A stretch of 64,000 nt of DNA, from NCBI GenBank assembly GCA_030704615.1, contig CM060734.1:14446001-14510000 (forward strand). Direction: 5' to 3'. Shown one piece after another: positions 12,101 through 22,300 of the stretch. Source of the stretch: Takakia lepidozioides. Taxonomy: Eukaryota > Plantae > Bryophyta. A model generated the notes under the pieces. The model saw only the letters and a list, made by a program, of their open reading frames with translations, did not search any database and was not told where the DNA came from. Within the stretch, counting starts at the first letter, position 1, and the number at the start of each line of letters is the position of its first letter. The translations under genes and the position numbers were made by a program.

Positions 12101-14239
12101 GTTCTGTCTGCCTTTGCCTCCGACTTGCGCAGGAGGTCGGCACTGAGGGAATTGGCAAACTCTTGCACCCCCTGCTTCCCGACATCCTTCACTCAAAGAG
12201 CATATAGAACAAGTTGGTGGCAATGAAGGCATTCTCAGTCACCCTGCAGTGCCACATTTCCATCAAACAATACTGAATTGGGAATTTTCATCATATATGA
12301 GGATTCGCAATGAAATGACTTCCAAATTCAAAGTCCAAAAGCGAGAGGCGTTGTAGCTTACGAGTTGATGTCGGCCATTGCAGCTTTGAGAAGACTGCGA
12401 TCTTTGGGCCCCGCAACCTTCAGCACAACACAATCCACGGCGAAATGCCAATCGAGGTCGTTGGGGTGGGCTTGGGCAATGTGCTCCATCCATGCCAGGA
12501 GGCGATGATTGCCGTCCCACACGTAGAACATCTTACCGGACAAGTGCTGGAAAAGAGGATCACTAGCAATCGATCTCTCGAACTCCTCATTTCGCGTTTA
12601 CCAATGGGGACCCCATTTGTCCACCTCATCGGAAGTGTGGGCACGGGAAGCTCCGTGGTCGTTCTCAATGGAAACGTAAAACGCGGCAGACCCCATTCGA
12701 TATCCATCCCGGAAAGAGAATTTCAGCTTGTCGATATCGCCTGGGAGGGCAGGTCTCACCACCTGCAATGACACCAAGCGGCAAAGGGGAATTCGAAGCT
12801 TGGCCGGGTACACCATGCCCCCCAGCACCCTGCCAATGTTGCTGTGGGTTGCCTCCAACATCTTGGCAGCGGCCAACTTCATATCCGCCTCGGACATGAC
12901 GTCTGCTGCAGAGGGGTTTTCCGGCAGCCCACCAGGACCGCCAAATCCAGCCTGTATGCTCCGGGTTTGGGGCCTGGGGATGTCCGGGAGGATGTCATCC
13001 TGGTCAGAAAGCTCCCTGTCGTCCTCCTCAACAGGGTCAGCCACCTGCGAAACCACCTCCAGCACTCTCCCCGTCTCTACTGCCCTCTCCCTGGCTTCAC
13101 CTCGAACTTGCACAATCCGTGCTCTTTCTAGTGTTCTTTCCTCTCCTCCACTCTCCACCGTATGGGTAATTGCAGGGGCTGCTCTTGCCCGCGATGGTCT
13201 AACCGGTGTGTTACTGCCTCTCTGTGGTGTCTTGGAGGGATCCACCGTCTCTGTGCGTCCCTCGCTTACATTGGCATCTGTCATTTGGGCACCCCTGGCC
13301 TCTTCAGTGGCCTTTTCTCTTTCCTCCTGGCTAGCATTTTGTCTTGTCTGTTCTTTTGCCCTCTCTTTTGCCCTCTCACGGGCTTTCTGTTTCTTACTAG
13401 GGCTAGCAGCAGGGGAGCCCTCCAGGACGACCACCTTTGATTGAGGCGAACTGACACCCTCGCGCGCACTACTCACTCCCCCCTCCGCAGCCCGTGACGG
13501 CTCTCTCGCCGGGGATTGCATGTGCTTAGCTTTCTTCTTTTTCTTTGCGTGGGCGGGCCCTACTGCATGTGCATGAACAACCTCCATTGCCGGATCTGCT
13601 GCCTTGATGTCCTCACGCCCTTCACCTGCCATGCCGCCTGCACCAACCTCCCCAATGCCTATTCTGTCGTACTCTCGTTGCAAGTCCTCCCGTCCACCAA
13701 CAAAAGGTTTAAGTTTGCCCTCTCGCCCCAAGTTGGGCGATTCAAACATGCGATGAGTTGGAGCTGTCGATGATACCACCAGCGTGCCGGGCTCGTCGTC
13801 ACTCTGTCATTCCCAAAAATCGTGAAAACCAACATCAGTCCCTAAACCAGCATCGCAACGAGCAGCGCAACCACCATAGCAACAATCGTGTAACAAAAAT
13901 GAAAACATAACAAGTTTAGGAAGTATGGAGAGCCATGCAACAACAATGAAACAAATGCAACCATTGCCTGAGAATGACATGCACAAGCAGCCTTCTCCAG
14001 AGCTGTCGGATTTGCACACGCATTGCAAACAATCTAAGGTTCACTCAACTATCTAAAGTTCACTCATCCAGCGAAGCCAGGATGAAGATGCAAAAACAAA
14101 GCGAGGCAACAAAGCGAAAGCAAAAAAGAAATCAAACAAAGCGAAAGCAGAAGTGGCTTGCCTGAGAGTACTCGGCTTCAGTTGGCGCGGGTTGTGAGCA
14201 AGACACTGGAATCTCCTGCTGGAGCTTCAGTTTGGCCAT
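9151..14239 (-). pseudogene. Multi-exon accessory gene: low-complexity N-terminus, ParB/Srx-like domain, helical region, C-terminal N4/N6 DNA-methyltransferase-like domain; disrupted in this assembly
   Basis: Proposed exons 14239-14162 (GC-AG intron), 13803-12362, 12243-12055, 11937-~11456, ~11390-11147, 10462-9332, 9243-9151; most junctions checked in frame. ParB-like segment LRIPLCRLVSLQVVRP...IDKLKFSFRDGY...FYVS...MFYVWDGNHRLLAW. MTase-like segment DMILLDIPDG...WNRFTEDYW...AGMLLDDGGCVVVL...FEAYCFVKRGSTFKF. One in-frame TAA at 12598-12600 and frameshifts near 12195, 11670, 11550 and 9975. Confidence 0.75.
10500..11076. repeat. Intronic 95-bp tandem repeat (4 copies) plus inverted copies, motif GGAAAATGGCGCCGAATTTCC
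   Basis: ATGGCGCCG at 10707, 10802, 10897 and 10992 (period 95). Inverted copies near 10625 and 11057. Internal hairpin GGGACTTAGCC..GGCTAAGTCCC. Lies inside the predicted intron 11146-10463. Confidence 0.9.
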
Positions 14240-14552
14240 GCGAGAGATTGGCCGTCGTCGTAGTACAGAGCTTTCAACTTCCGCCGCGGTCTGGATGTGA
14301 GGTCTCTCTCAGGAGAGCCACGCCCTTCAGGCGGCATAAGTCCCAGCCAAAATGGAAAAAGATCTCCGTTTTTGGGGTACATGCCTCGAATAGCATGTTA
14401 AGCCAAGATTAGCATCAGATTTAGGGTACGTATCCAAGAAGCCATGTGTCGCCAGCCCGAATGAAAACGGATGGCGGTGGACATTTATTGCCCAACTGCG
14501 CAATTAAATGTCGGATGAAGCCCTCCATATCGGATGAAAATCGACGGAACTC

Positions 14553-15890
14553 GGCCCGGAATTTCCAACGTAGAGGTAATTCGGAGCGCTGCAGGATGGA
14601 AATCCGGCGCCGGATTTCCATCCTGTAGGTAATTCGGAGCGCAGCAGGATGGAAATTCAGCGCCGAATTTCCATCCTGCAAGGTAGGGCGGCGCGCGAAA
14701 TTTCCCTCACGCAGGTAATTCGGAAGCGGATGGATGGAAATCCGGCGCCGGATTTCCATCCGCGAAGGTAGGGCGGCGCGCGAAATTTTCCTCACGCAGG
14801 TAATTCGGAAGCGGATGGATGGAAATCCGGCGCCGGATTTCCATCCGCGAAGGTAGGGCGGCGCGCCAAATTTCCCTCACGCAGGTAATTCAGAAGCGGA
14901 TGGATGGAAATCCGGCGCCGGGTTTCCATCCGCGCAGGTAGGGCGGCGCGCCAAATTTCCCTGACACAGGTAATTTCGAAGCGGATGGATGGAAATACGG
15001 CGCCGAATTTCCATCCCGCAGGTAAGTGGAGTCCCGGATGGATGGAAATACGGCGCCGAATTTCCATCCAGCAGGTAAGTGGAATCGCTGGCGTATGGAT
15101 ATTCGGCGCCGAATTTCCGTTCGCCAGCGATCCGACTTACCTGCTGGATGGAAATTCGGCGCCGGATTTCCATCCATCCGGGATTCCACTTACCTGCTGG
15201 ATGGAAATTCGGCGCCGAATCTCAATCTAGGGGATGCTCTCTGTCGAACACGTGCCGGCCTCTACGCCCGAGGCGACTTCATTCGGGCGTCCCCTGTTGG
15301 ATATTCGGTGCCGAATTTCCGTCCGGGGGTTGAAATATGACGGCCAGGTGCCGGCCTCTCCCCCCTCCCCGACTGCATCCGAACCGCCCCGGATGGAAAT
15401 TGCGCCGTTTTTCCATCTGGGGATGTTTTTATGCGGCCAGTTTTCGGCCTGACCCCCCGACACGACTTCCTTTGGGGGGGCCCGGATGGAAATTCAGCGC
15501 CGAATCTCCTGCCAGGGGATGTTCTCTGTCGCACACTCGCCGGCCTCTGCGCCCAAGGCGACTTCATCCGGGCTTCCCCTGTTGTATATTCGGTGCCGAA
15601 TTTCCGTCCGGGGGTTGTAATGTGAGGGCCAGATGGCGGCCTTTCCCCCGAGCCGACTGCATCCGAAAGGCCTCGGATGGAAATTCGGCGCCGTTTTTCC
15701 ATCCGCGTAGGTTTTTATGTCGGCCAGTTTTCGGCCTGACCCCCCGACAGGACTTCCTTTGGGGGGATCCGAATGGAAATTCGGCGCTGAATTTCCGTCC
15801 AGGGGATGTTGTCTGTCGGACAGGTGCCGGCATCTCTGCCCCCGTGCGGCCCCTGTTGGATATTGGGTGCCGAATTTCCATTCGGGGGTA
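14553..15890. repeat. Intergenic array of ~17 copies of the palindrome GGATGGAAATTCGGCGCCGAATTTCCATCC between the divergent genes
   Basis: Copies near 14594, 14647, 14732, 14817, 14902, 14987 (85-bp period), 15040, 15097, 15146, 15199, then in ~287-bp units to ~15880. A 226-bp near-perfect inverted repeat spans 14995-15220. Confidence 0.92.
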
Positions 15891-16185
15891 GTAATGTGAC
15901 GGCACAGTGCCGGCTTCTCCCCTTCAGCCGTCATCATCCGGACGGCCCCCCACTTTCTGACTGCATACCATTGGCAGTTATTGCGCAAAGACCAGGGGCC
16001 GCATTCCGGAGACAAGGTTCATTAACACTCTGACTGTGGATTTTTGAGATAGTTGGCTCCCTGGATTTGGATTAGGCTTCGTCGCTCGGACAAATCGGCA
16101 CCGCATTCCTTCCCATCGCTGCATCCCCCTTCTACCAGGGAGCTTCCCCGCACGCCATCCTGGCAGTCTTGTGTGCACATCTCCC

Positions 16186-19100
16186 ATGGCGGAAAACCCG
16201 AGCGCTACAGTGTACTGCCCTCCTCACGAGCATAGAGCTTCATTTCCGTGCAGAGGGGACATCTGCCGGGTGATGGAGAAATATCTGCGCGTTCGATACC
16301 ACCTGAAACCGGGGTCGGTTTTTTTGGAGGAGGAAAGGAAGGACTCAAACGGCCTTGTTGTCGAGAGTATTGTTGTGCTCCACGATGATTTCGGCGATGG
16401 CAGGGAATGGCGAGTTCCACCATCGGACAGCGTCATATACAGGGCTGTTGGGGACTTCATTTGCCCGCCAAATGCACCTTCTATCCTTGCGCCTTCCACG
16501 AAACAATCCGCGAATCAGAGAGTGGCTACCTCAAAGAGAGAAGTCCGCAACGAAGTAAATCCAGAGCCGAACCCATCCATGAAGACGAGCGAGAACCGGG
16601 TTGTTCACAACCTGTCCAACTCAGACGAGGTCATGGAAGTTCCGAGGTCGTCCTGGAGATCAGGCAAGTCCTCAATGGACGTCAGTGGAGGAGGGAGTCA
16701 TATTCCCAGCACGACCACCGCAGTTCGATCTATTCTTGAAATTCTACGAGGGCTTCACCTGGAGGGACACCGGTCGGAGCTGGCCGGGCTGGACTACAGC
16801 AAGTTCGCAATTAAATCGGTTACATGCCTTCCCGCCGACGTCGACGGTAATATCTTCTTTGAGTTCCCTCCTCGGGCGGACTACTCGAGGGCGTCCGGAA
16901 TGTTGACAGATATGGATAGAAAACATGACGGTCATCCTTGGTACGTTACCAAAACCACCAGCATGAAGATGCTCGATGGTGTGCGGGTGCGCTACGTTGT
17001 TTGTGCGGGCGCGTTGCGGTGTTTCTCCCCAACTTGCTTCCACTTTAAATCAGAGGTCACAGGAACGAGACCGATTGGACAGGCACAGCTCATCAACCAT
17101 TTCGAGCTCAGGAGAAGGTTCCGAACTCCACATTTAAGTGTGCGCATTGCAAAGAACCACCACACTGCATGTCTGTTTGTAATGCCAAGCAGTTCTATGT
17201 GTTGCACCGTTTCCCTGACCTCACCCGAGCTTGCATACACGTTGGTTCCCATTGTCACAAATTGGCGAGGGGGAACTCGCGGGAGGCTGCCCACGAGGCA
17301 GAGCAGCTCGTTCAGGAGGAGGTTAAGTTGAGACCGGGTGCCAAACCCAAACAGATACAGCTCCAAGCCGCCCATAAGATGGCATTGGCCAGAATTATGT
17401 CGGAAGACGGCTCCGATAGAGTTCCTCTCGATGAGAAGGAAATGGAGGCATTGCTGGAGTCGGTGTCCCACGTATGTTCACCGAATGTCCGAAACCACAT
17501 TGTCTCATGCAAACAGAAAATTGGGCGTGGCTCGGATATGCACTCCATTCTGGAGGTGAAGCGACGATGTGGATATGACTACATTCATGGAAGTAGGTTT
17601 CCAGGACAAGGGACTGAGGCAGATCGTTGTTTCGTATTCAAAATGTCCACGTGTGGACCTGGCAGCGGCGTCGAACTGGTCGACAGGATGACGAGTGGGG
17701 ACTTGTCAAACAGTTGGGTCATGTTCGACCATATCAAGCGAATTACAAATCACCAGTGCACATGTCTACGACACCCACTGCAGGATGCTAATGACAATTG
17801 CTATTTGTGAGATGAAAGGAGAGGACACACAATCGGAGATGCTTCTTTGGCAGGGAATAAACGAACAGATGGCCAAGGCGGGATTGCCCCCTCCCAATTT
17901 CCGTGGTTTCATGGCGGACAACGCACAAGCAAATTGGGCTGCCATCCGAAGGGTGTACGGGCAAGACCCCAATGTTCCCATGGAAGGCAAGGAGAGATCT
18001 TGTGGGTTCCATTTTCTGCAGAGCCTTTCGCAGTACACAACCAGGCTCGTGGCGCCAGATTTCAGAGAGGAGCACCGTTCCATGTGCCTTGCGTGGAAGC
18101 GCGCTCCCACCTTGGATGATGCAGAGACACAGTTTGCATGTATACGGGCTTGGTGGACATCGTCAGGTGCTGTAAGGAAATCAGACGAGGGAGCAATGGT
18201 CAGTTGGCTAGCATGGTGGCATTATCGTTTCCTCCAGTTTGGCGACTATATGCGGGAGGTGAGTTGCACGAATTCGCGTCCCGTTGAATATTATTCTTGG
18301 CCATATTTGTAACTTGCTTGTAACCTCAACATGTGCTTGTGCAGGAAATGTGTCTCGACTCCGACACCGACATGCCCACGACAAACATGGCCGAATCAGT
18401 GCACTCTTCCTGGCGTGCCTCCTCTGCGGCGCATCTGGTGGACATCCTCACTGCCACAACGGAGGACATTGTGAGGTCAATTATGCAGCAATGCAGGTAC
18501 AACGAGTTCTTGAAAGGGAAACAGTGGGGCTTGGGGCCGGACAGGCAGGAAATGCTGATGCGGACTGCCTCTAGATCAAAGAATCCTCGGAAGTGGGCGG
18601 CGGCCTTGCGAGAGGGCCTTCGGGACACGCCATTGCTGCGAAGAGGCCAACATTTGGAAGGAGATGTTCATACCCGTCCAGTGAGACGAAGACTTGACGA
18701 GGCACCTGGCGGAGAAGAGGATTCATGGCGAGCTGACAAGAATATTCGCACGCTCCCTCGTGGTCCGGTGATGTTGCCCGAGGAGGTCTCGTCGAGCACC
18801 GCAAGTCCTGCACATTCAAGATCGCCATCTCCTTTGAGCACAGGGCGCGTGCCCCGGCAACATAACGAGCCATCTGTAGTAAAGCAGTACAACATTCCCA
18901 TTGTGGAGACAAGAGTGTCGGAGTCACAGTGGAGAATTGCGAGGACATTGCCGGCATTTCGAGGGAAGTGCTGCGCCATCCGGGTGGATACGAGAGCACG
19001 CTGTGGTGAGATGATTCGGAGGAACCCACACGGTGCTGTACTTGCACCTTGTTTCAGCGGCAGATTTTTGACTCCCACATTTGCTCACGCCACAACGCAG

Positions 19101-19763
19101 ACATTTTGGTTCTGTAGGCACGACATAATGACCTGTGTATTTGGCAAGCCCAAGTACGGGATTCAGGGAATGCCGGAGCCTCCGGGCGTCTGGCCTGTTG
19201 CACCGGGTTGCAGCCTCTCTCAGAATGAGGCGGATGCTCTATCTGCAGCAGGATTTCGAATGGTGCAACGCATAGACATCCCGGCCCACGCATTTCCGGT
19301 TCCTCAGACCCAGCCATTGCAGACTGCTTGGTCCAGTAGAGACGGATTGGACAATTCTGCACATCCCACAATGCGATTCGGAAGAGTGAAGAGACGACAC
19401 CCTCCCAACAAGTCGAATGAGACTCGGATTGCCAATGCTCTTGGGATGGCTTGCACTATTCAGAGCTCCGTGGACGTACCCCCACCCGGCCTTGGGCGTG
19501 TGTATCCGATGGCAACGGCCGGCTCGGCTGTACGCGACGATGTATACACAATTACAATTGGAGTGGAACCGACTTGCAATTGTACGGACTTCTCGTTGAT
19601 GGAAGCAAAGAAGGGTTCGAAGTATTATCCGTGCAAGCATATGTATTACATAAACCTGAAGAGGTTGAGGATGAACATGACTATTGATGACTTTATTCAT
19701 GCACCAGCGTTGAGCGTGAACGAGCTGCACAAACTCCTCCTTAGGGATTCCAGAAATCATTGA
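16186..19763 (+). CDS. MULE (MuDRA-type) DDE transposase with GCM/WRKY-like Zn domain and C-terminal SWIM finger; two frameshifts
   Basis: GCM-like DGHPW..T...VRYVVCAGALRC...C...CAHC...C...HVGSHCH. Catalytic D1 WVMFDHIKR, D2 GFMADNAQA, CxxH (RSCGFH), E in TTNMAES. SWIM CNCTDF...PCKHMYY. Phase-0 GT-AG intron 18259-18344 joins the ORFs in frame. Frameshifts near 17060 and 17750. Confidence 0.85.
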
Positions 19764-19914
19764 TGGGGCAAAGGGAATCCTCCATATGGATATTTTCAAT
19801 TACATTTTGCTGTATCAGACTTTTTTTTGCAGTGTAATGAAATGCACCCCAAAACTCCTGGAATGAGGCAATATTCCATTCAAACTGAGATCCAACAGAA
19901 GTAGTTGTGGGGCC

Positions 19915-20280
19915 ATTTCTGGAAAATGGCGCCGAATTTCTCTTTTTGGGGCCGAAAACTGGCTAAGTCCCAACATGCACTGGTACCGTGTCTGGAAAAA
20001 TGGCGCCGAATTTCTCTTTTTTGGGCCGAAAACTGGCTAAGTCCCAACATGCACTGGTACAGTGTATGGAAAAATGGCGCCGAATTTCCCTATTTTGCGC
20101 CGAAAACTGGCTAAGTCCGAACATGCACTGGAAAAATGGCGCCGAATTACCTGTCATGAGGGGACCTATAGCCACGGAATTCGGCACCATTTTTCGCCAG
20201 AGAGACCTATTACCGCGAAATACGTCGCCGTTTTTTCAGGTTACGGACCCTATTACCGCGAAATTCGGCGCCATATTTGC
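19915..20280. repeat. Subterminal ~74-bp tandem repeat carrying the same GGAAAAATGGCGCCGAATT motif and GGCTAAGTCC
   Basis: Motif near 19921, 19994, 20068 and 20130. Inverted copies near 20177 and 20260. Confidence 0.88.
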
Positions 20281-20519
20281 ACATATCGCTGGGAATTGGC
20301 ATGAGCGGAAGACGAAATATCATGAGCACAACTGTCAAAACTGCAATTTTCCCTTCAAGGGGCCGAATAATATATTTGTTTTTCCTGACACATTGCATTA
20401 AATTATTGTTTTTTATTGTTTTTTATTTTCGAAATTTGTACTTCTGCTCATGAAAACTGATTGTCTTACTACTCCGCTCCTGCCGCTCATGCCGCTCATG
20501 CTCATGAAATAGCAAACCT

Positions 20520-22297
20520 CCCTCAGCTCTTTCACCTCGTGATTGATCTTCTTCCCGTACCAATTCCCTTAATCTTTCTTGCAAAGAAAAAGAAGGAGTG
20601 GCATCCAACTCTAGTTCTTCCGGTATGGGTGATGTACTCTGTGATCTTAATGGTGTGAGAGGTCCAGATGATTCCCTTATGTCTATTCCTCTCTCCCAAA
20701 GATATGGATAATTAGCTTTCAGATAGCTTTCTTTTTTTGTTGAATATCTCTGGAGTCTAGCTTCTCTTTCATCACTCATGTCCCATGTCTTTCATTTCTT
20801 TTAATGTGGCAATAACCAAAACTCTCTTCTGTAATATCTCTCGTATATGCCTGGGTTTCTTTCAAGCTTCAATGCACCCTTGGCTATACTAGAAGTCTCC
20901 GTTACCATATAACCATATGGCAAACAAGTCTGGAAAGCTGTTCTTGGTGTGAGTTTGATCCACAAAATATCCTTTGGAATCCAATTCTTTACCAGTACAA
21001 GCTCTTCATGCATATGAGTATAAACATTCACCTTTCTTTCCTCCCAGCCTTCAAACTCTACTCGCTTAATGGATAGCAATGCTATCACATAAACCAGTGT
21101 TGGTAACCAACGTGCTCTTCCTCTACAGGCCACCTGATAAATCTTTATCACTCCTTTCTCCAGACCCCATTCAGGGTCAGCATCATGCACTCTTTTAAGA
21201 ACGTTTTCTTTACAACCGTCTGACAATTCCAAGAACCTCTGAAAGAATCGTTTGGACAATCTTTCCTTCTCGGTTTCACAGGGAATTTGATTCACATCAA
21301 ATTCTTTAATTCTCCATCCACCATGATCCCACCAGATGCCTGTCACATCTGGTTGTTCATGACCCAGTTCCCCAGTATGGTCGCCAAATGTCGAGCGGCT
21401 TTTACTCACCCATCCCTTCGCTATCCGAGGTGGGAACTCCAAGATAGAAGAGTTGGAAATCTCTAAGCACTCAGCCCGCTCAGAACAATCAGTCATGACC
21501 TACAGCTAGTGTATCATGGGGGTGTTTCCTATTTGTATTCCTTCCCGTATACATGTTAGCTAGTTACCTTATTGTTGGTATTTAAGTATCAGATTGCTTC
21601 AGCAATCTATCGGATTCCATCAACTCATCCATTCATTCCACAGCTTCACTCAAATCTCTCTACACAGTGTGAGTATGAAGTATGTATCAGATTAATATCT
21701 ATCAAGTATCAGGCTGAAGCCATGGTGTCTCTAATCTACTTGGCATTACAATTCTACAACTTGCATTCATCAGTAACAACAGATCGTCACTTCCCTTACT
21801 CAGAGATGTGCTCTCCCTTCTATTTCCCAAGCCCTGATCCGAAATCCCCTCCCGTAAGTGGTGTCCCGACGTCCCCGCTCTTCGCTTTTTCTACCTACAA
21901 GCTGTTCTAACCGCTTTCCTAACTAACCGTCATCCCTGTAGTACACGTTCCTTTTTCCCCACCGTCGTTCCCTGCCAATGATAATTGTTCCCCAGCTGTG
22001 ACTGGTCGTATCAGCTGTGGCGGGCTGTGACTGGCTGTGTCGCGGTCGGGCTGTTAGGGCTGTGCGAAGCTGTGGCGGCTGTATCAGGCTGTGACTGGCT
22101 GTGTTGGGCCTGTGTCGACTGTGCGAAGCTGTGACGGCTGTGTTTAACTGTGTCGGCTGTGTCGGCTGTGTCGGAGTGTGACGGGCTTGTTGGACTGTGA
22201 CGAGCTGTGACGGCTGTGTCGGGTGTGTATCTTCCCCTAAAGCCTGTTGTTGTCACCCCTAAGGCTCCTATCGTCTCAGTCTGTGTAAAAATTAAGG
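20520..22297 (-). mobile_element. Truncated Ty3/gypsy copy: partial 5' LTR (21389-22297), PBS (21369-21386), upstream extra ORF and gag start
   Basis: Collinear with 55126-56950. LTR end reads ..GACA followed by TTTGGCGACCATACTGGGGA. The LTR is cut by satellite B and gag (20779-20523) is cut at the MULE boundary. Confidence 0.9.
20801..21496 (-). CDS. Extra ORF upstream of gag (231 aa, unknown function), starts inside the LTR
   Basis: Intact here. Near-identical homologue at 55405-56088 carries one internal stop. Confidence 0.6.
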   Translation of the reverse strand: MTDCSERAECLEISNSSILEFPPRIAKGWVSKSRSTFGDHTGELGHEQPDVTGIWWDHGGWRIKEFDVNQIPCETEKERLSKRFFQRFLELSDGCKENVLKRVHDADPEWGLEKGVIKIYQVACRGRARWLPTLVYVIALLSIKRVEFEGWEERKVNVYTHMHEELVLVKNWIPKDILWIKLTPRTAFQTCLPYGYMVTETSSIAKGALKLERNPGIYERYYRREFWLLPH

Positions 22298-22300
22298 AAA

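Larger units (their letters stand above)
9151..20522. mobile_element. Mutator-like (MULE) DNA transposon with transposase (+), divergent ParB-like/MTase-like accessory gene (-) and internal palindrome arrays; left end missing
   Basis: MULE catalytic motifs in the 16186-19763 gene. The shared GGCGCCGAATTT motif occurs in three non-coding blocks. Sequence switches abruptly into gypsy gag at ~20520 (candidate terminus ...TCATGAAATAGCAAACCTCCC). No TSD or matching left TIR is visible. Confidence 0.75.

Noticed and set aside
9151-14239. Bacterial contamination or a true parAB operon
   Set aside because: The gene has spliceosomal introns conserved with its paralogue, no ParA is present, and the sequence is contiguous with plant-type TEs.
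14553-15890. Overlapping ORFs such as MEIRRRISI / WKFGAEF and a CRISPR-like look
   Set aside because: Artefacts of translating a GC-rich palindromic repeat on both strands; no unique spacers.
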